64,000 nt of DNA from Clostridia bacterium (GCA_050952525.1 JBMNLC010000005.1:256959-320958), one strand, 5' to 3'. Numbered from the stretch's first letter, positions 11,401 through 24,488 are shown. Notes: generated from the sequence alone by a model not told the origin. Numbers and translations are program-made.

Positions 11401-12030
11401 GCTGTGGTTTCCAATGAGGAAGGGGAGTCCAAAGTCTATCTTATCCCGTATGGCTCGCGGCTGAAGGTATCGGACGGTCAGAGAGTAGAGGCCGGAGATG
11501 AGTTGACAGAGGGTTCCATCAATCCCCATGATATCCTGAAAATCAAGGGAGTAAAGGGCGTTCAGGCCTACCTGCTCCATGAGGTACAGAAGGTATATCG
11601 CCTGCAGGGCGTGGATATCAGCGATAAGCATATCGAAATCATTATTCGCCAGATGCTTCGCAAGGTCAAGATTGAAGATGCAGGGGATACGGATATGCTG
11701 CCCGGTGGCTTGGTGGACATCTTTCGCTTTGAAAAGGAAAATGATGAAGTGATTCGCAGGGGAGGTCAACCTGCTGTGGCAAAGAGGGTGCTCCTGGGCA
11801 TTACCAAGGCGTCCTTGGCTACGGAGTCCTTCCTTTCAGCGGCATCCTTCCAGGAAACCACGAGGGTTTTGACGGAGGCTGCCATCAAGGGCAAGGTCGA
11901 TCCCCTGGTGGGCTTAAAGGAAAACGTGATCATCGGCAAACTGATACCGGCAGGTACAGGGATGAGCCGCTACAAGAACATTGTCATCCATCATGCAGAA
12001 GAGGAAGAAGCACAAGAGGAAAGTTCGTGA
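8494..12030 (+). CDS. rpoC: DNA-directed RNA polymerase subunit beta'
   Basis: 1178 aa, TTG start; NADFDGD catalytic motif; Zn-finger CHCGKY...CDRC. Confidence 0.99.
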   Translation: MFELNNFDSIRISLASPDKIREWSKGEVKKPETINYRTLKPEKDGLFCEKIFGPQKDWECHCGKYKRVRYKGIICDRCGVEVTRSKVRRERMGHIELAAPVSHIWYFKGIPGRMGLLLDMSPRSLERVLYFASYIVIDPGDTALETKQLLNEQEYREYYEKYGNRFRVGMGAEAVKELLQAIDLDAMSKELRAELKEASGQKRIRAVKRLEVVEAFRKSGNRPEWMILDVIPVIPPELRPMVQLDGGRFATSDLNDLYRRVINRNNRLKRLLDLGAPDIIVRNEKRMLQEAVDALIDNGRRGRPVTGPGNRALKSLSDMLKGKQGRFRQNLLGKRVDYSGRSVIVVGPELKFYQCGLPKEMALELFKPFVMKKLVEENYCHNIKSAKRMVERVRLEVWDVLEEVIKDHPVLLNRAPTLHRLGIQAFEPVLVEGRALKIHPLVCTAYNADFDGDQMAVHVPLSVEAQAEARFLMLSANNILKPQDGKPVVSPTQDMIIGCYYLTIERDGAKGEGRAFSGPEEAVMAYEMGEIDLHAKVKIRFKKVIDGKETYKILETTTGRVIFNEAIPQDLGFVDRSDPDHLFDLEVDMLVGKRELGEIVDRVYRTHGTTETALVLDKIKRLGFAYSTKGAITVGISDMTIPKEKQELLQSAESEVRKVERQYRRGLISDDERYQRVISIWNETTEKVTDALMSSLDQFNPIFMMAHSGARGSTNQIRQLAGMRGLMANPSGKIIELPIRANFREGLKVLEFFISTHGARKGLADTALRTADSGYLTRRLVDVSQDVIVREVDCFERLGEPINGIAVMDITDGKDVVEPLEDRIVGRYAAEDIVHPDTGVLITPANHLITHEAAEKIVKANISQVQIRSVLTCRIEHGVCCKCYGSNLATGGEVNIGEAVGIIAAQSIGEPGTQLTMRTFHTGGVAGDDITQGLPRVEELFEARKPKGLAIISEISGVVKINETKKKREAVVSNEEGESKVYLIPYGSRLKVSDGQRVEAGDELTEGSINPHDILKIKGVKGVQAYLLHEVQKVYRLQGVDISDKHIEIIIRQMLRKVKIEDAGDTDMLPGGLVDIFRFEKENDEVIRRGGQPAVAKRVLLGITKASLATESFLSAASFQETTRVLTEAAIKGKVDPLVGLKENVIIGKLIPAGTGMSRYKNIVIHHAEEEEAQEESS

Positions 12031-12037
12031 TGATTTT

Positions 12038-12063
12038 GCTGGCTGCTTTTTACAGCAGCCAGC
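12038..12063 (+). terminator. Hairpin after rpoC (probable terminator)
   Basis: GCTGGCTGC/GCAGCCAGC 9-bp stem; weak U-tail. Confidence 0.5.
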
Positions 12064-12074
12064 TATTAAAATCA

Positions 12075-12103
12075 TTGACATGGGATATTCATAATGATAA
12101 AAT
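12075..12103 (+). promoter_or_regulatory. SigA promoter of the str operon
   Basis: TTGACA-17 bp-TAAAAT with extended -10 TG. Confidence 0.8.
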
Positions 12104-12154
12104 ATCGTAGTGTGCTATTCTGACTTTTCAGTGAAAGGGATGAAGAACAGGCAG

Positions 12155-12397
12155 ATGGAAAGGTTAAAAACTGCTTCCAATAGGGTAGTAGGGACCAAGC
12201 AGACCGCCAGAGCCGTTGAATCCGGCCAGGCTGCGCTTGTTTTTCTCGCAGAGGATGCGGATGATTACATCAAAAGAAGAATACGCCAGCTCTGTGAGGA
12301 TCATGGTGTCAGCATCGAAAGGGTGGATACAATGAAAGAGCTTGGTGAGATGTGTGGCATTCAGGTAGGTGCAGCGACCGCTGCCGTTTTAAAATAA
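12155..12397 (+). CDS. L7Ae/L30e/S12e/Gadd45-family RNA-binding protein (YbxF-like)
   Basis: VVGTKQT...VFLAEDAD...ELGEMCGIQVGAA; conserved position before rpsL; start could be 12140. Confidence 0.9.
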   Translation: MERLKTASNRVVGTKQTARAVESGQAALVFLAEDADDYIKRRIRQLCEDHGVSIERVDTMKELGEMCGIQVGAATAAVLK

Positions 12398-12514
12398 CCT
12401 GAAATAAAATCCTTTAGAGTTGCAGGGATTTTATGAATGTTCTGCCAATGCTTTAACGCTTTTCCAAAGCTGCAGGCAGGGATGCACATTAGGGATTAGG
12501 AAGGAGGTGTGGGG

Positions 12515-12889
12515 ATGCCCACCATTAATCAATTGATTCGAAAGGGAAGAAAAAAGGTTGAATATAAATCAAAGGCTCCGGCATTGAAGGAGTCCCCCCA
12601 GAAGAGGGGCGTTTGTATTGCCGTGAGAACCCAAGCCCCGAAAAAGCCGAATTCTGCTCTGAGAAAGATCGCCAGAGTTCGTTTGGTAAATGGTATGGAG
12701 GTTACAGCCTATATTCCTGGAATCGGACATAACCTGCAGGAACACTCCGTTGTTCTGATCCGTGGTGGCAGGGTAAGAGACTTGCCTGGTGTAAGATATC
12801 ATGTCGTTCGCGGTGCGCTGGATACAGCCGGTGTTGCAAACAGAATGCAGGCCCGATCCCAGTATGGCGCGAAGAGACCCAAGAAGTAG
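12515..12889 (+). CDS. rpsL: 30S ribosomal protein S12
   Basis: [25 protein letters not shown]. Confidence 0.99.
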   Translation: MPTINQLIRKGRKKVEYKSKAPALKESPQKRGVCIAVRTQAPKKPNSALRKIARVRLVNGMEVTAYIPGIGHNLQEHSVVLIRGGRVRDLPGVRYHVVRGALDTAGVANRMQARSQYGAKRPKK

Positions 12890-12945
12890 AGACAAATCCA
12901 CGAAGGAAGAGTTGTATGATATTCCATGGCAAAGGAGGGAAATAA

Positions 12946-13417
<472 letters not shown>

Positions 13418-13552
13418 AACAGCGCCTTGTGGTGCTTGCTTATAAGCGAGAAGGCTTTAATATGCAGCAATGCAAAGCTGTGTGTATCGTACTGAATTTT
13501 TTGGGAACGCTAAACGTTGGTTCTATAATCAACGAAAGGAGGTAGATGAACT

Positions 13553-15618
13553 GTGCCTAGGCAAATTCCATTAGAACAGACTAGGAATATTGGTATCATG
13601 GCCCATATTGATGCAGGTAAAACGACAACAACGGAGCGAATCCTGTTTTATACCGGCCGGGTCCACAGGATGGGTGAAACCCATGAGGGTGCAGCCACCA
13701 TGGACTGGATGGAACAGGAGCAGGAGAGAGGCATTACCATTACCTCTGCAGCTACAACTGCTCAATGGCGTGGCCATCGTATCAACATTATAGACACACC
13801 AGGGCACGTTGACTTCACCGTTGAAGTAGAGAGATCCCTCCGAGTTCTCGATGGTTCAGTAGCAGTGTTTTGTGCCAAGGGCGGCGTAGAACCCCAATCC
13901 GAGACGGTTTGGAGACAGGCTGACAAGTATGGGGTACCGCGTTTGGCATATATTAATAAGATGGATATCGTAGGTGCTGATTTTTTTAGAGTCGTTTCCA
14001 TGATGAAAGGGAGGCTACAGGCAAATCCTGTGCCGATCCAGCTTCCTATCGGTAAAGAAGATACCTTTAAAGGGATCATCGATTTGGTTCATAACAAGGC
14101 CATTTATTACTTGGATGACTTAGGTACCCGGAGTGAAGAAACGGATGTACCGGAGGATATGATAGATCTCGTAGAGGAATATCGGACTAATTTAATCGAA
14201 GCTGTTGCTGAACAAGACGAAGAGCTCATGATGAAATATCTTGAGGGTGAAGAATTAACGGTTGAAGAGATTATGAGGGGGATCCGTAAGGCTACAGTCG
14301 CCGTTCAGATGGTGCCGGTTACCTGTGGAACTTCCTATCGAAACAAGGGTGTCCAGTCCCTTCTGGATGCGATTGTGGATTATATGCCATCACCTGTGGA
14401 TGTGCCCCATATCACCGGGTTAGCTGCCGGACACAGATGAAGAGGTGGAGCGGGCAAGCTCCGACGATGAACCCTTCGCGGCCTTGGCCTTCAAAATTGC
14501 AACAGATCCCTTTGTTGGCAAGCTGGCATTCTTCCGTGTGTACTCCGGAACCCTGAAGTCCGGATCCTATGTATATAACTCAACCCGGGGGAGACGGGAA
14601 AGAATTGGCCGCATCCTCCGGATGCATGCCAACCATCGGGAGGAAGCTGAGGAGGTCTATGCCGGCGATATCGCCGCTGCCGTAGGGCTAAGGGAAACCG
14701 CTACAGGGGATACCCTATGCGATGAGAACCAACCCGTCATCCTCGAATCCATGGATTTCCCTGAGCCGGTGATTCGTGTAGCCATTGAGCCGAAAACAAA
14801 AGCCGGACAGGATAAGATGAGTTTGGCATTAACCAAGCTTGCGGAAGAAGACCCTACCTTTAAGACATATACCGACGAAGAAACCGGACAGACCATTATT
14901 GCCGGGATGGGTGAGTTGCATCTTGAAATCATCGTAGATCGTTTGCTGCGGGAGTTCAAGGTGGAAGCAAACGTAGGGAAGCCCCAGGTGGCCTATAAGG
15001 AAACCATCAAGAAGGCCGTCAAGGCGGAGGGACGTTATGTGCGCCAATCCGGTGGACGTGGTCAGTACGGACACTGCTGGATCGAGGTGGAACCCCAGGA
15101 GCCTGGAGCAGGTTATGAGTTTGTGAACAAAATCGTTGGCGGAGTAATTCCTAAAGAGTATATTCCCGCCATTGACGCAGGTGTACAGGAAGCCATGAAG
15201 AGCGGCGTGCTGGGTGGATATGAAGTCATCGACCTGAAGGTGACTGTGGTAGATGGATCCTACCATGAGGTGGACTCCTCCGAGATGGCTTTCAAAATTG
15301 CAGGTTCCCTTGCCATTAAGGAAGCCATGCAAAAAGCCAACCCGGTATTACTCGAGCCCATCATGAAGGTTGAGGTAACTCGTGCCGGAGGAGTATATGG
15401 GCGATGTGATGGGAGACATCAATTCCCGCCGGGGGAGGATCGAAGGGATGGAGTCCAGGGCAGGAGCTCAGGTCATCCGCGGCTTTGTTCCTCTGTCGGA
15501 GATGTTCGGCTATGCCACGGATCTCCGTTCCAAAACCCAGGGCAGAGGCGTATATACCATGCAATTCTCACATTATGAGGAAGTTCCCAAAAACGTAGCA
15601 GAAAAGGTAATTGGGTAA
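13553..15618 (+). CDS. fusA: Elongation factor G (+1 frameshifts near 14423 and 15381 in this assembly)
   Basis: [25 protein letters not shown]; three ORF pieces join into full-length EF-G. Confidence 0.96.
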
Positions 15619-15699
15619 CAGGCTCCTCATGAATACTTTTTTAATAGAAGCTTTCATTATCATTACAGAAGATGGATAAGAGAGCAAGGAGGAAAAGAA

Positions 15700-16915
15700 A
15701 TGGCGAAGCAAAAATTTGAGAGAACAAAGCCCCATGTAAACATCGGGACCATTGGGCACGTAGACCACGGCAAGACCACATTGACGGCCGCGATCACGAC
15801 GACATTGGCCAAATACGGGCGAGCCCAGGCCACCAAGTATGATGAGATTGACAAGGCGCCGGAGGAGAAGGAAAGAGGAATCACCATCAATACCTCCCAC
15901 GTGGAATATGAGACGGACAACCGCCACTACGCCCACGTGGACTGCCCCGGCCACGCCGACTACGTAAAGAACATGATCACAGGAGCAGCCCAGATGGACG
16001 GTGCTATCCTGGTGGTATCCGCAGCAGACGGACCCATGCCCCAGACCCGGGAGCACATTCTGCTGGCCAGACAGGTAGGCGTACCCTACATCATCGTGTT
16101 CATGAACAAGGTAGACATGGTAGACGATGAAGAGCTGCTTAGAGCTGGTAGAGATGGAAGTTAGGGAACTGCTGAGCGCCTACGAATTCCCCGGAGACGA
16201 TGTTCCAGTCATCAGGGGATCAGCCCTGAAGGCATTGGAAGCAGCTCCAGACAGAAGAGGATGTAGAAGGCAACGAGTGGTGCAAGCCCATCTTTGAATT
16301 GATGGAAGCCGTGGACGAGCTACATTCCCACCCCGGAGCGTGAGGTAGACAAACCCTTCCTGATGCCTGTAGAGGACGTATTCTCCATCACCGGACGAGG
16401 CACGGTGGCAACCGGAAGAGTGGAAAGGGGAACGGTGAAGGTACAGGACCCCGTGGAGCTCGTCGGACTGGCAGACGAGACCAGGAGCACGGTAGTCACG
16501 GGAGTAGAGATGTTCCGAAAGATGCTGGATCAGGCGGTAGCAGGCGACAACATCGGAGCGCTGCTGCGGGGCGTACAGCGGGATGAGATCCAGAGAGGGA
16601 CAAGTACTGGCCAAGCCCGGGACCATCAAGCCCCATACCCACTTCAAGGCACAGGTATACGTCCTGACCAAGGAAGAAGGCGGAAGGCATAAGCCCTTCT
16701 TTGACGGATACAGACCCCAGTTTTATTTCAGAACCACCGACGTAACGGGAGTAATCGAGCTGCCGGAAGGCACAGAAATGGTCATGCCTGGTGACAACGT
16801 AGATATGACCATCAAGTTGATCACCCCCATTGCGATCGAAGAAGGACTCCGCCTGGCTATTCGTGAAGGTGGGAAGACGGTAGGAGCCGGAGTGGTCACT
16901 TCGATCATCGAATAA
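15700..16915 (+). CDS. tuf: Elongation factor Tu (+1 frameshifts near 16141, 16252, 16320, 16609 in this assembly)
   Basis: [45 protein letters not shown] across frames. Confidence 0.96.
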
Positions 16916-16950
16916 TCCGGCTGCCGGAAAGAAAGCATGCTAGAAAGAAT

Positions 16951-16985
16951 ATGGAAGTGGGCTCTTACGCCCGCTTCCATGTCCT
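16951..16985 (+). terminator. Intrinsic terminator after tuf
   Basis: ATGGAAGTGGGC/GCCCGCTTCCAT 12-bp stem. Confidence 0.7.
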
Positions 16986-17026
16986 TTATCCTTATTGGAT
17001 TTTTTCAATAAACGCATAGATTTTTC

Positions 17027-17055
17027 TTGATTTCGCGCTCATTTTGTTATAGAAT
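17027..17055 (+). promoter_or_regulatory. SigA promoter of the S10 operon
   Basis: TTGATT-17 bp-TAGAAT. Confidence 0.6.
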
Positions 17056-17078
17056 AAAATAGTTATGTAATTTAGCAT

Positions 17079-17215
17079 GGGATGACGTGAAAGGTTGCCG
17101 TTTATCGGGGAATTTTCACTGACAAGTCCGTAAGATCGGGCGACGGGTTTGAATATCGAGTCGCGATAAAAAAATATTTAGGGCACACGCGGCTGAGTGT
17201 ATTTGAACCACTGTC
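17079..17215 (+). ncRNA. Clostridial rpsJ (S10-Clostridia-type) leader RNA
   Basis: GATGACGTGAAAGGTTGCC...GGGAATTTTCAC motif in the ~200-nt rpsJ 5' UTR; recognised from memory of the family, boundaries approximate. Confidence 0.6.
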
Positions 17216-17257
17216 GTACGTTATAGGATTACGTGCGATATGAAGGAGGGAACAAGC

Positions 17258-17566
17258 ATGGCAAATCAAAAAATCAGGATTAAGCTGAGGGCTTATGAAC
17301 ATACTCTGATTGATCAGTCGGCAGAAAGGATTGTTGAAACAGCCAAAAGAACAGGAGCAAAGGTTTCAGGCCCTATTCCCCTTCCTACAGAGAAGGAGAT
17401 CATTACTATCCTGAGGGCTCCCCATAAGTATAAGGATTCTCGTGAACAATTTGAGATGAGAACCCATAAGCGACTGATTGATATCTTGAGCCCTACATCC
17501 AGAACGGTTGATTCATTGATGCGTCTGGATTTACCCGCCGGTGTAGATATTGAAATCAAACTGTAA
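17258..17566 (+). CDS. rpsJ: 30S ribosomal protein S10
   Basis: [31 protein letters not shown]. Confidence 0.99.
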   Translation: MANQKIRIKLRAYEHTLIDQSAERIVETAKRTGAKVSGPIPLPTEKEIITILRAPHKYKDSREQFEMRTHKRLIDILSPTSRTVDSLMRLDLPAGVDIEIKL

Positions 17567-17677
17567 TTCAGTACAGGATAGAATAAAGGCTGTCAAAATC
17601 AGCAAAGGACCGGACAGGATTGCTTCCTGCACAATCCTCTGTCCGAAGGAATGTTGAAGTTTCAGGAGGTGGCAAAA

Positions 17678-18310
17678 ATGAAAAAAGCAATTCTAGGGAA
17701 AAAGATTGGAATGACACAGATCTTCACCGAAGACGGCACCGTCATTCCTGTAACCGTAGTAGAAGCCGGCCCCTGTGTAGTCGTTCAAAAGAAGACAAAA
17801 GAGCGGGATGGATATAACGCTGTCCAGGTTGGTTTTGGAACGATTAAGGAAAAGAAAGTTAACAAGCCTCTCAAAGGGCATTTTGATAAAGCCGGTGTCG
17901 AATATCGAAGGTATTTAGGAGAATTTAAGCTGGAGAACAGCGAAGAGTATGAATCCGGGCAGGAGATCACGGTTGATATTTTCCAGCAGGGAGACTATGT
18001 GGACGTAAGCGGCATTTCAAAAGGAAAGGGCTTTGCCGGTACCATCAAGCGATGGAATCAGCGTCGCGGGCCCATGAGCCACGGTTCAAAATATCACAGG
18101 GGACCGGGTGCCATGCATGGTGCTGCCGATCCTGCCAAAGTGTTTAAAAACAAGAAATTGCCCGGTCAAATGGGGAATAAGAGAGTAACCGTGCAGAATC
18201 TGGAGGTTGCTAAGGTTTATCCTGATCGCAATCTGCTCCTGGTAAAGGGCGCGGTTCCTGGACCCAAGGGTGGTCTGCTCTACATCAAGGAAACGGTTAA
18301 GAATGCGTAG
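17678..18310 (+). CDS. rplC: 50S ribosomal protein L3
   Basis: [26 protein letters not shown]. Confidence 0.99.
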   Translation: MKKAILGKKIGMTQIFTEDGTVIPVTVVEAGPCVVVQKKTKERDGYNAVQVGFGTIKEKKVNKPLKGHFDKAGVEYRRYLGEFKLENSEEYESGQEITVDIFQQGDYVDVSGISKGKGFAGTIKRWNQRRGPMSHGSKYHRGPGAMHGAADPAKVFKNKKLPGQMGNKRVTVQNLEVAKVYPDRNLLLVKGAVPGPKGGLLYIKETVKNA

Positions 18311-18336
18311 AAGCTGGTAGGAAAGGAGGAAGTGCA

Positions 18337-18960
18337 ATGCCTAAAGTTGCTTTATATAATATAGAAGGGAACCAGGTTGGAGAGATTGAACTAAGGGATG
18401 ATGTTTTTGGCGTTGAAGTCAATGAGAGTGTTCTCCATCAGGTTGTAAGGGCTCAATTGGCGAATAAAAGACAGGGAACCCAGTCAGCCTTAACCCGTGC
18501 AGAAGTGCGGGGCGGAGGAGCCAAGCCCTGGAGGCAAAAGGGAACAGGTAGAGCCCGGCACGGAAGTATCCGTTCTCCTCAATGGACAAAGGGTGGTGTG
18601 GTTTTCGCACCAAAGCCGAGGGATTACCGCATAGAAATTCCAAAGAAGGTGAAACGTCTCGCTCTCAAGAGTGCTTTATCCTCCAAAGTGGCCCAAAACA
18701 ACATAATCGTTCTAGATTCCTTGGAACTGGCTCAGGCTAAGACGAAAGAAATGGTGAAGGTCCTGAAGAATCTGAATTTGAACGAGAAAGTTCTTCTGGT
18801 TTTACCGGAAAAGGATGAGACGGTGGAGAGAGCATCGAGGAATCTCCCAGGTGTAAAAACCCTGTTGGTGAATACACTGAATGTCCTGGACATCCTGAAT
18901 TATGACAAGTTCATCATTACCCAGGAAGCTGCGAAAAAAGTAGAGGAGGTGTATGCATAA
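18337..18960 (+). CDS. rplD: 50S ribosomal protein L4
   Basis: [15 protein letters not shown]. Confidence 0.99.
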   Translation: MPKVALYNIEGNQVGEIELRDDVFGVEVNESVLHQVVRAQLANKRQGTQSALTRAEVRGGGAKPWRQKGTGRARHGSIRSPQWTKGGVVFAPKPRDYRIEIPKKVKRLALKSALSSKVAQNNIIVLDSLELAQAKTKEMVKVLKNLNLNEKVLLVLPEKDETVERASRNLPGVKTLLVNTLNVLDILNYDKFIITQEAAKKVEEVYA

Positions 18961-19256
18961 TGAAAAGTCCTTATGACGTCATTATCCGCCCTGTTTTAAC
19001 GGAAAAAAGCTATGATCAGCTGCAGGATAGAAAATACACCTTTATTGTAGATGTTCATGCCAATAAAACAGAGATCAAGCAGGCCATAGAGGAGATCTTT
19101 GGCGTGGAGGTAGAATCTGTTCGCACGATACGCAGACTGGGAAAAATGAAGCGACAAGGGATGTATCTGGGACGCCAGCCGAGTACGAAGAAAGCGATCG
19201 TTAAATTGACAGAGGATAGCAAGGGCATCGAGTTCTTTGAAGGAATGGCCCAGTAA
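18960..19256 (+). CDS. rplW: 50S ribosomal protein L23
   Basis: [23 protein letters not shown]. Confidence 0.98.
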   Translation: MKSPYDVIIRPVLTEKSYDQLQDRKYTFIVDVHANKTEIKQAIEEIFGVEVESVRTIRRLGKMKRQGMYLGRQPSTKKAIVKLTEDSKGIEFFEGMAQ

Positions 19257-19314
19257 AAGATGTCCGTCATTGTTACGAGCTGATGATGGCGAACAAGGTT
19301 AGGAGGGAAATACG

Positions 19315-20148
19315 ATGGCAATAAAAAAATATAGACCGACTTCCCCGGCTAGACGTTTTATGTCCGTGACGAGCTTTGATGAGATTACCACGAATGAACC
19401 GGAGAAATCTCTCGTGGTGGAGTTGAAGAAAACCGGTGGAAGGAACTCCCAGGGTCGTATTACAGTCAGACACCGTGGGGGAGGAGCCAAGCGCAAATAT
19501 CGTATTATCGATTTTAAGAGGGATAAGGATGGCATACCTGCAAAGGTAGCTACCATTGAGTATGATCCAAACCGGTCAGCCCATATTGCTCTTCTGCATT
19601 ATGTTGACGGTGAAAAAAGGTATATTCTTGCACCCAACGGATTAAAGGTAGGGGATACCGTCATATCCGGCCCAGATGCGGATATCAAGGTTGGAAACGC
19701 ACTACCCCTTGCCAACATTCCGACAGGTACGATGGTGCATAACGTGGAGTTGAGAAAAGGAGCGGGCGGTCAGCTGGTTCGTTCGGCAGGGGCTGCAGCC
19801 CAGTTGATGGCGAAGGAAGGAAAATACGCACAGCTGAGGCTTCCATCCGGAGAGGTCCGAATGGTTCTCTTGCAGTGCAAGGCTACCATTGGTCAGGTAG
19901 GAAACGTTGATCATGAGAACATGTCCATTGGGAAAGCCGGTCGGAAAAGACACATGGGCTTTCGTCCATCGGTACGTGGTGTCGTAATGAATCCTGTCGA
20001 TCATCCCCATGGAGGCGGTGAGGGCAGGTCGCCAGTTGGATTGCCCAGTCCGGTGACCCCTTGGGGTAAACCCACTCTCGGATATAAGACGAGAAAGAAA
20101 AATAAGGATACCGACAAGTTCATCATTCGTCGAAGAGGTAAACGGTAA
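19315..20148 (+). CDS. rplB: 50S ribosomal protein L2
   Basis: [24 protein letters not shown]. Confidence 0.99.
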   Translation: MAIKKYRPTSPARRFMSVTSFDEITTNEPEKSLVVELKKTGGRNSQGRITVRHRGGGAKRKYRIIDFKRDKDGIPAKVATIEYDPNRSAHIALLHYVDGEKRYILAPNGLKVGDTVISGPDADIKVGNALPLANIPTGTMVHNVELRKGAGGQLVRSAGAAAQLMAKEGKYAQLRLPSGEVRMVLLQCKATIGQVGNVDHENMSIGKAGRKRHMGFRPSVRGVVMNPVDHPHGGGEGRSPVGLPSPVTPWGKPTLGYKTRKKNKDTDKFIIRRRGKR

Positions 20149-20239
20149 TCTGCTGTCCTTGACAGCTAACGGATGAATGGAATTCGACAATCTGATTGAT
20201 ATCATTCATAAGTGATGATAAGGGAAGGAGGCAGTATCC

Positions 20240-20524
20240 ATGAGCCGATCGGTCAAGAAGGGACCCTATGTAAGTGAGAGCTTGCTCAAAAAGATAGAAG
20301 AAATGAATAAATCCGGTGAAAAGAAAGTCATTAAGACCTGGTCGCGGGCTTCCACTATATTTCCTGAAATGGTAGGACATACGATTGCTGTACATGATGG
20401 AAGAAAGCATGTTCCTGTCTATATTACAGAAGATATGGTTGGACATAAACTAGGCGAGTTTGCTCCCACCCGAACCTTTAGGGGACACAGCGGTGGTTCT
20501 GAACGTTCAACCGGATTAAGGTAA
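20240..20524 (+). CDS. rpsS: 30S ribosomal protein S19
   Basis: [17 protein letters not shown]. Confidence 0.99.
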   Translation: MSRSVKKGPYVSESLLKKIEEMNKSGEKKVIKTWSRASTIFPEMVGHTIAVHDGRKHVPVYITEDMVGHKLGEFAPTRTFRGHSGGSERSTGLR

Positions 20525-20543
20525 TAGGGAAGGAGGAAAATCA

Positions 20544-20930
20544 ATGGCTACTCGAATGAGGGAAAAGGCAGAACAGAGAAAACAGAATAAGGACAAGAGA
20601 CCTCGTGCCATTGCCCGGTATGTCCGAATTTCATCTCGTAAAGTGAAAGCCGTTATCGATTTGGTTCGGAATAAGAAGGTAGATGAGGCCCTTGCCATTC
20701 TTGAATATACACCCAAAGCTGCCTCGGTCGTGGTTTCAAAGCTTATCAAATCAGCCATTGCCAATGCAGAAAATAATTTGGAATTAGACCGTGACAACCT
20801 GTATGTGGCAGAGATTTACGCCAATCAGGGACCAACCCTGAAACGGATTCGCCCAAGGGCAAGGGGCATGGCTTACTGGATTCGAAAAAGGACCAGCCAC
20901 ATTACGGTTATTTTGGACGAAGTGAAATAA
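20544..20930 (+). CDS. rplV: 50S ribosomal protein L22 (with N-terminal extension)
   Basis: [26 protein letters not shown]. Confidence 0.98.
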   Translation: MATRMREKAEQRKQNKDKRPRAIARYVRISSRKVKAVIDLVRNKKVDEALAILEYTPKAASVVVSKLIKSAIANAENNLELDRDNLYVAEIYANQGPTLKRIRPRARGMAYWIRKRTSHITVILDEVK

Positions 20931-20945
20931 CAAGGAGGGAAAGGA

Positions 20946-21620
20946 ATGGGTCAGAAGGTTCATCCTCATGGTCAAAGGGTCGGCGTGATTAAGGATTGGG
21001 ATGCCCGTTGGTATGCCGGTAAAAAGGATTTTGCCGATACTTTGATAGAAGATGTGAAGATAAGAAAGTTCTTGAAGCAGAAGTTATATGCTGCAGGAAT
21101 TTCGAAGATAGAGATTGAAAGAGCCGCGAACCGAGTGAGGGTAAACATTTACACCGCCAAGCCCGGTATTGTGATTGGCAGGGGTGGCTCCGGTGTGGAT
21201 GAAGTGAAGCGGAACCTTGAAAAAATGACCGGAAAAACCGTCATTGTAAATATTGTGGAAGTAAAAACTCCCGAAACCGATGCACAGCTGGTTGCTGAGA
21301 ATATCGCTGCCCAGTTGGAAAGACGTATATCCTTCAGACGCGCTATGAAGCAGGCCATCGGACGGGCGATGAAGGCCGGTGCAAAAGGCATCAAGACTTC
21401 CTGTTCAGGACGTTTGGGAGGAGCGGAAATCGCCAGGACGGAATGGTATCATGAGGGCTCCATCCCGCTTCAGACCTTAAGAGCGGATATTGATTACGGC
21501 TTTGCTGAAGCCCATACTACCTACGGCCGCATTGGCGTGAAAGTATGGATCTATAAAGGAGAGGTTCTTCCAAAGTCCAAGAATGATGGGACGAAGGTAG
21601 TGGAAGGAGGGCGACGCTAA
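20946..21620 (+). CDS. rpsC: 30S ribosomal protein S3
   Basis: [30 protein letters not shown]. Confidence 0.99.
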   Translation: MGQKVHPHGQRVGVIKDWDARWYAGKKDFADTLIEDVKIRKFLKQKLYAAGISKIEIERAANRVRVNIYTAKPGIVIGRGGSGVDEVKRNLEKMTGKTVIVNIVEVKTPETDAQLVAENIAAQLERRISFRRAMKQAIGRAMKAGAKGIKTSCSGRLGGAEIARTEWYHEGSIPLQTLRADIDYGFAEAHTTYGRIGVKVWIYKGEVLPKSKNDGTKVVEGGRR

Positions 21621-22063
21621 TGTTAATGCCAAAAAGGGTAAAAAGAAGAAAAGTCCAGAGGGGACGGATGCGAGGCATCGCAACACGGGGCAACACCATT
21701 AGCTATGGACAGTATGGACTTATGGCTATGGATCCAGGCTGGATCACAAGCAATCAGATAGAGGCTGCTCGTGTTGCCATGACCCGTTTTACCAGGAGAG
21801 GCGGTAAAGTGTGGATCAAGATCTTCCCGGATAAACCCGTTACGCAAAAGCCTGCTGAAACACGAATGGGAAGTGGAAAAGGTTCACCTGAATACTGGGT
21901 GGCGGTTGTAAAACCCGGACGAATCATGTTTGAAATTGCCGGTGTTTCGGAGGAAATGGCGCGGGAAGCCCTTCGTTTGGCTGCTCACAAACTGCCTATC
22001 AAGTGCAAGTTTGTAAGACGGGAAGAATCGAATGAAATGGGTGGTGAAAGTAATGAAAGCTAG
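21620..22063 (+). CDS. rplP: 50S ribosomal protein L16
   Basis: [17 protein letters not shown]. Confidence 0.99.
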   Translation: MLMPKRVKRRKVQRGRMRGIATRGNTISYGQYGLMAMDPGWITSNQIEAARVAMTRFTRRGGKVWIKIFPDKPVTQKPAETRMGSGKGSPEYWVAVVKPGRIMFEIAGVSEEMAREALRLAAHKLPIKCKFVRREESNEMGGESNES

Positions 22064-22262
22064 CCAGTTACGTGAACTTTCAACACAGGAGCTGAATGAT
22101 CGTCTGAGAGAGTTGAAAAGTGAATTATTTAACCTGCGTTTTCAATTGGCAACCGGCCAGCTTCAAAACCCGATGAGAATCAGGGAGGTAAAGAGATCTA
22201 TTGCTAGAGTGAAAACCATCCTTCGTGAAAGAGAGATTAAAGCGAAAGCTGTCGAGGCTTGA
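22053..22262 (+). CDS. rpmC: 50S ribosomal protein L29
   Basis: [22 protein letters not shown]; start overlaps rplP stop. Confidence 0.97.
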   Translation: MKASQLRELSTQELNDRLRELKSELFNLRFQLATGQLQNPMRIREVKRSIARVKTILREREIKAKAVEA

Positions 22263-22291
22263 TATGATCGCCGAAGAAAGGAGGAAATCCT

Positions 22292-22552
22292 GTGTCATCA
22301 GAAAGAGGAAAGCGCAAAGTTCGAATAGGGACTGTGGTTAGCAATAAAATGGATAAGACCATTGTCGTAGCGATTGAAACAATGGTAAAACATAAATTGT
22401 ACGGAAAAATGATCAAACGCACCAAAAAACTCAAGGCCCATGATGAGGGGAATATCTGTCAGATTGGTGATCGGGTAAAGGTGATGGAAACCCGTCCCTT
22501 GAGCAAGGAAAAGCGTTGGAGATTGGTTGAAATAGTGGAAAAAGCTCAATAA
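22292..22552 (+). CDS. rpsQ: 30S ribosomal protein S17
   Basis: [22 protein letters not shown]. Confidence 0.98.
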   Translation: MSSERGKRKVRIGTVVSNKMDKTIVVAIETMVKHKLYGKMIKRTKKLKAHDEGNICQIGDRVKVMETRPLSKEKRWRLVEIVEKAQ

Positions 22553-22581
22553 CAGTACGAATCCGAAAGGAGGGCACGAAT

Positions 22582-22950
22582 ATGATCCAACCAGAAAGCC
22601 GTCTGAAGGTTGCTGATAATACCGGTGCCAAAGTGATCAAATGTATCCGGGTACTGGGCGGCTCCTTTAGAAGATATGGAAATATCGGTGATGAAATCAT
22701 CGCTTCTGTTAAACAAGCAACACCCGGCGGTGTTGTTAAAAAAGGTGAAGTCGTTCGAGCGGTTATTGTACGGTCTAAAAAGGGAATTGGCAGGAATGAC
22801 GGAACATATATCAGATTCGACGATAATGCCGCTGTCATCATAAATGATCAAAAACAGCCCAGGGGCACACGTATCTTTGGTCCTGTTGCCAGGGAGCTTC
22901 GAGAGAAAGACTATATGCGAATTATTTCTCTGGCCCCTGAAGTACTGTAA
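22582..22950 (+). CDS. rplN: 50S ribosomal protein L14
   Basis: [23 protein letters not shown]. Confidence 0.99.
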   Translation: MIQPESRLKVADNTGAKVIKCIRVLGGSFRRYGNIGDEIIASVKQATPGGVVKKGEVVRAVIVRSKKGIGRNDGTYIRFDDNAAVIINDQKQPRGTRIFGPVARELREKDYMRIISLAPEVL

Positions 22951-22964
22951 AGGAGGTGGCTGTC

Positions 22965-23297
22965 ATGACAACACCAAGGAAATTGCGACTGCGCACGGGC
23001 GATTCTGTTGTTATCATTTCAGGTAAGGATAAAGGGAAAAAGGGGAAGATCCTAAAAGCTCTTCCGAAAGAAGGTAAAATCGTCGTTGAAGGCGTAAATG
23101 TTGTAACAAAGCATCAAAAGCCCAGGGGAATGGATCAACCGGGAGGTAAAATCCATCAGGAAGCGCCCATTTATGCTTCCAAGGCGATGCTCCTCTGCGG
23201 CAAGTGCAACAAAGGTACAAGAATCGCTTATAAAATTTTAGATGATAACACCAAGGTTCGCGTATGTAAACACTGTGGCGAGACTTTTTCACAATAA
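22965..23297 (+). CDS. rplX: 50S ribosomal protein L24
   Basis: GDSVVIISGKDKGKKG KOW motif, EGVNVV. Confidence 0.98.
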   Translation: MTTPRKLRLRTGDSVVIISGKDKGKKGKILKALPKEGKIVVEGVNVVTKHQKPRGMDQPGGKIHQEAPIYASKAMLLCGKCNKGTRIAYKILDDNTKVRVCKHCGETFSQ

Positions 23298-23322
23298 ACT
23301 TGTCTGAAGGGAGGTAACAAGC

Positions 23323-23865
23323 ATGCCAAGATTGAAAGACAAATATCTAAACGAAGTAGTTCCTGCTCTTCAACAGAAATTCGGTTACAAGAACATCCAC
23401 GAAGTTCCCAAACTGGAAAAGATCGTGGTCAATATGGGAATCGGTGATGCAAAAGAAAATCCGAGATTTCTGGAAGCTGCAGTCAATGACTTGGCAACCA
23501 TTACCGGGCAAAAGCCTGTGGTCACAAAAGCAAAAAAATCGGTTGCTGCCTTTAAGGTAAGGGCCGGTATGAATATTGGTGCAAAGGTTACTCTGAGGAG
23601 CAACCGCATGTATGAGTTTGCAGATAAGCTTTTTAATATTGCCTTCCCTCGTGTCAGGGACTTCAGAGGTCTGTCCAACAAGTCCTTTGATGGCAGGGGA
23701 AATTATTCCATCGGTATCAGGGAGCAATTGATATTCCCTGAGGTTGACTATGATAAGGTAGAAAAGGTTCGCGGGATGGACATTACTTTTGTAACCAGCG
23801 CAAAGACCGACGAAGAAGCCTATGAGCTATTGCGACTCTTAGGAATGCCGTTCAGTCAAGCATAG
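23323..23865 (+). CDS. rplE: 50S ribosomal protein L5
   Basis: [29 protein letters not shown]. Confidence 0.99.
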   Translation: MPRLKDKYLNEVVPALQQKFGYKNIHEVPKLEKIVVNMGIGDAKENPRFLEAAVNDLATITGQKPVVTKAKKSVAAFKVRAGMNIGAKVTLRSNRMYEFADKLFNIAFPRVRDFRGLSNKSFDGRGNYSIGIREQLIFPEVDYDKVEKVRGMDITFVTSAKTDEEAYELLRLLGMPFSQA

Positions 23866-23879
23866 AGGGAGGGAAATAA

Positions 23880-24065
23880 GTGGCGAAGAAAAGCATGATC
23901 AATAAACAGCAGCGGAAACCGAAGTTCTCAACGAGAGCGTATACCAGATGTCGCATTTGCGGTCGTCCCCGCGCTGTCCTGAGAAAGTTTGGCGTATGTC
24001 GTATCTGCTTTAGAGAACTGGCTTATAAGGGGCAAATACCCGGTGTCAGAAAAGCCAGCTGGTAA
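23880..24065 (+). CDS. rpsN: 30S ribosomal protein S14, Zn-binding type Z
   Basis: CRICGRP...CRICF four-Cys ribbon; GTG start. Confidence 0.98.
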   Translation: MAKKSMINKQQRKPKFSTRAYTRCRICGRPRAVLRKFGVCRICFRELAYKGQIPGVRKASW

Positions 24066-24092
24066 GCCGGGAATGCGGAAGGAGGTTATACA

Positions 24093-24488
24093 ATGGTATC
24101 TGATCCTATTGCCGATATGTTAACACGTATTCGGAATGCAATTGTTGCGAAGCACGAAGTTGTAGATATCCCTGCTTCAAATGCGAAGAGGGCTATTGCA
24201 GATATATTGTTGGCTGAGGGCTATATCAAGGGTTTTGAACTGATCGATGACGGCAAACAGGGCGTGCTGAAGATCACATTAAAGTACGGTCCCAATAAGG
24301 AAAGGGTTATTTCCGGCCTGAAACGAATCAGCAAACCCGGACTCAGAGTATATGCCAAGAAGGATGAAGTACCCAGGGTTCTCAAAGGATTGGGAATTGC
24401 CATTATTTCGACTTCGAAGGGTATCATGACGGATAAGGAAGCCCGGAAGTTGGGTATTGGTGGAGAGGTAATGGCTTATATCTGGTAA
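24093..24488 (+). CDS. rpsH: 30S ribosomal protein S8
   Basis: [26 protein letters not shown]. Confidence 0.99.
   Translation: MVSDPIADMLTRIRNAIVAKHEVVDIPASNAKRAIADILLAEGYIKGFELIDDGKQGVLKITLKYGPNKERVISGLKRISKPGLRVYAKKDEVPRVLKGLGIAIISTSKGIMTDKEARKLGIGGEVMAYIW

Noticed and set aside
12398-12514. Hairpins upstream of rpsL (ATAAAATCC/GGATTTTAT; CTGCC/GGCAG)
   Set aside because: Short stems without a recognisable leader consensus; insufficient support
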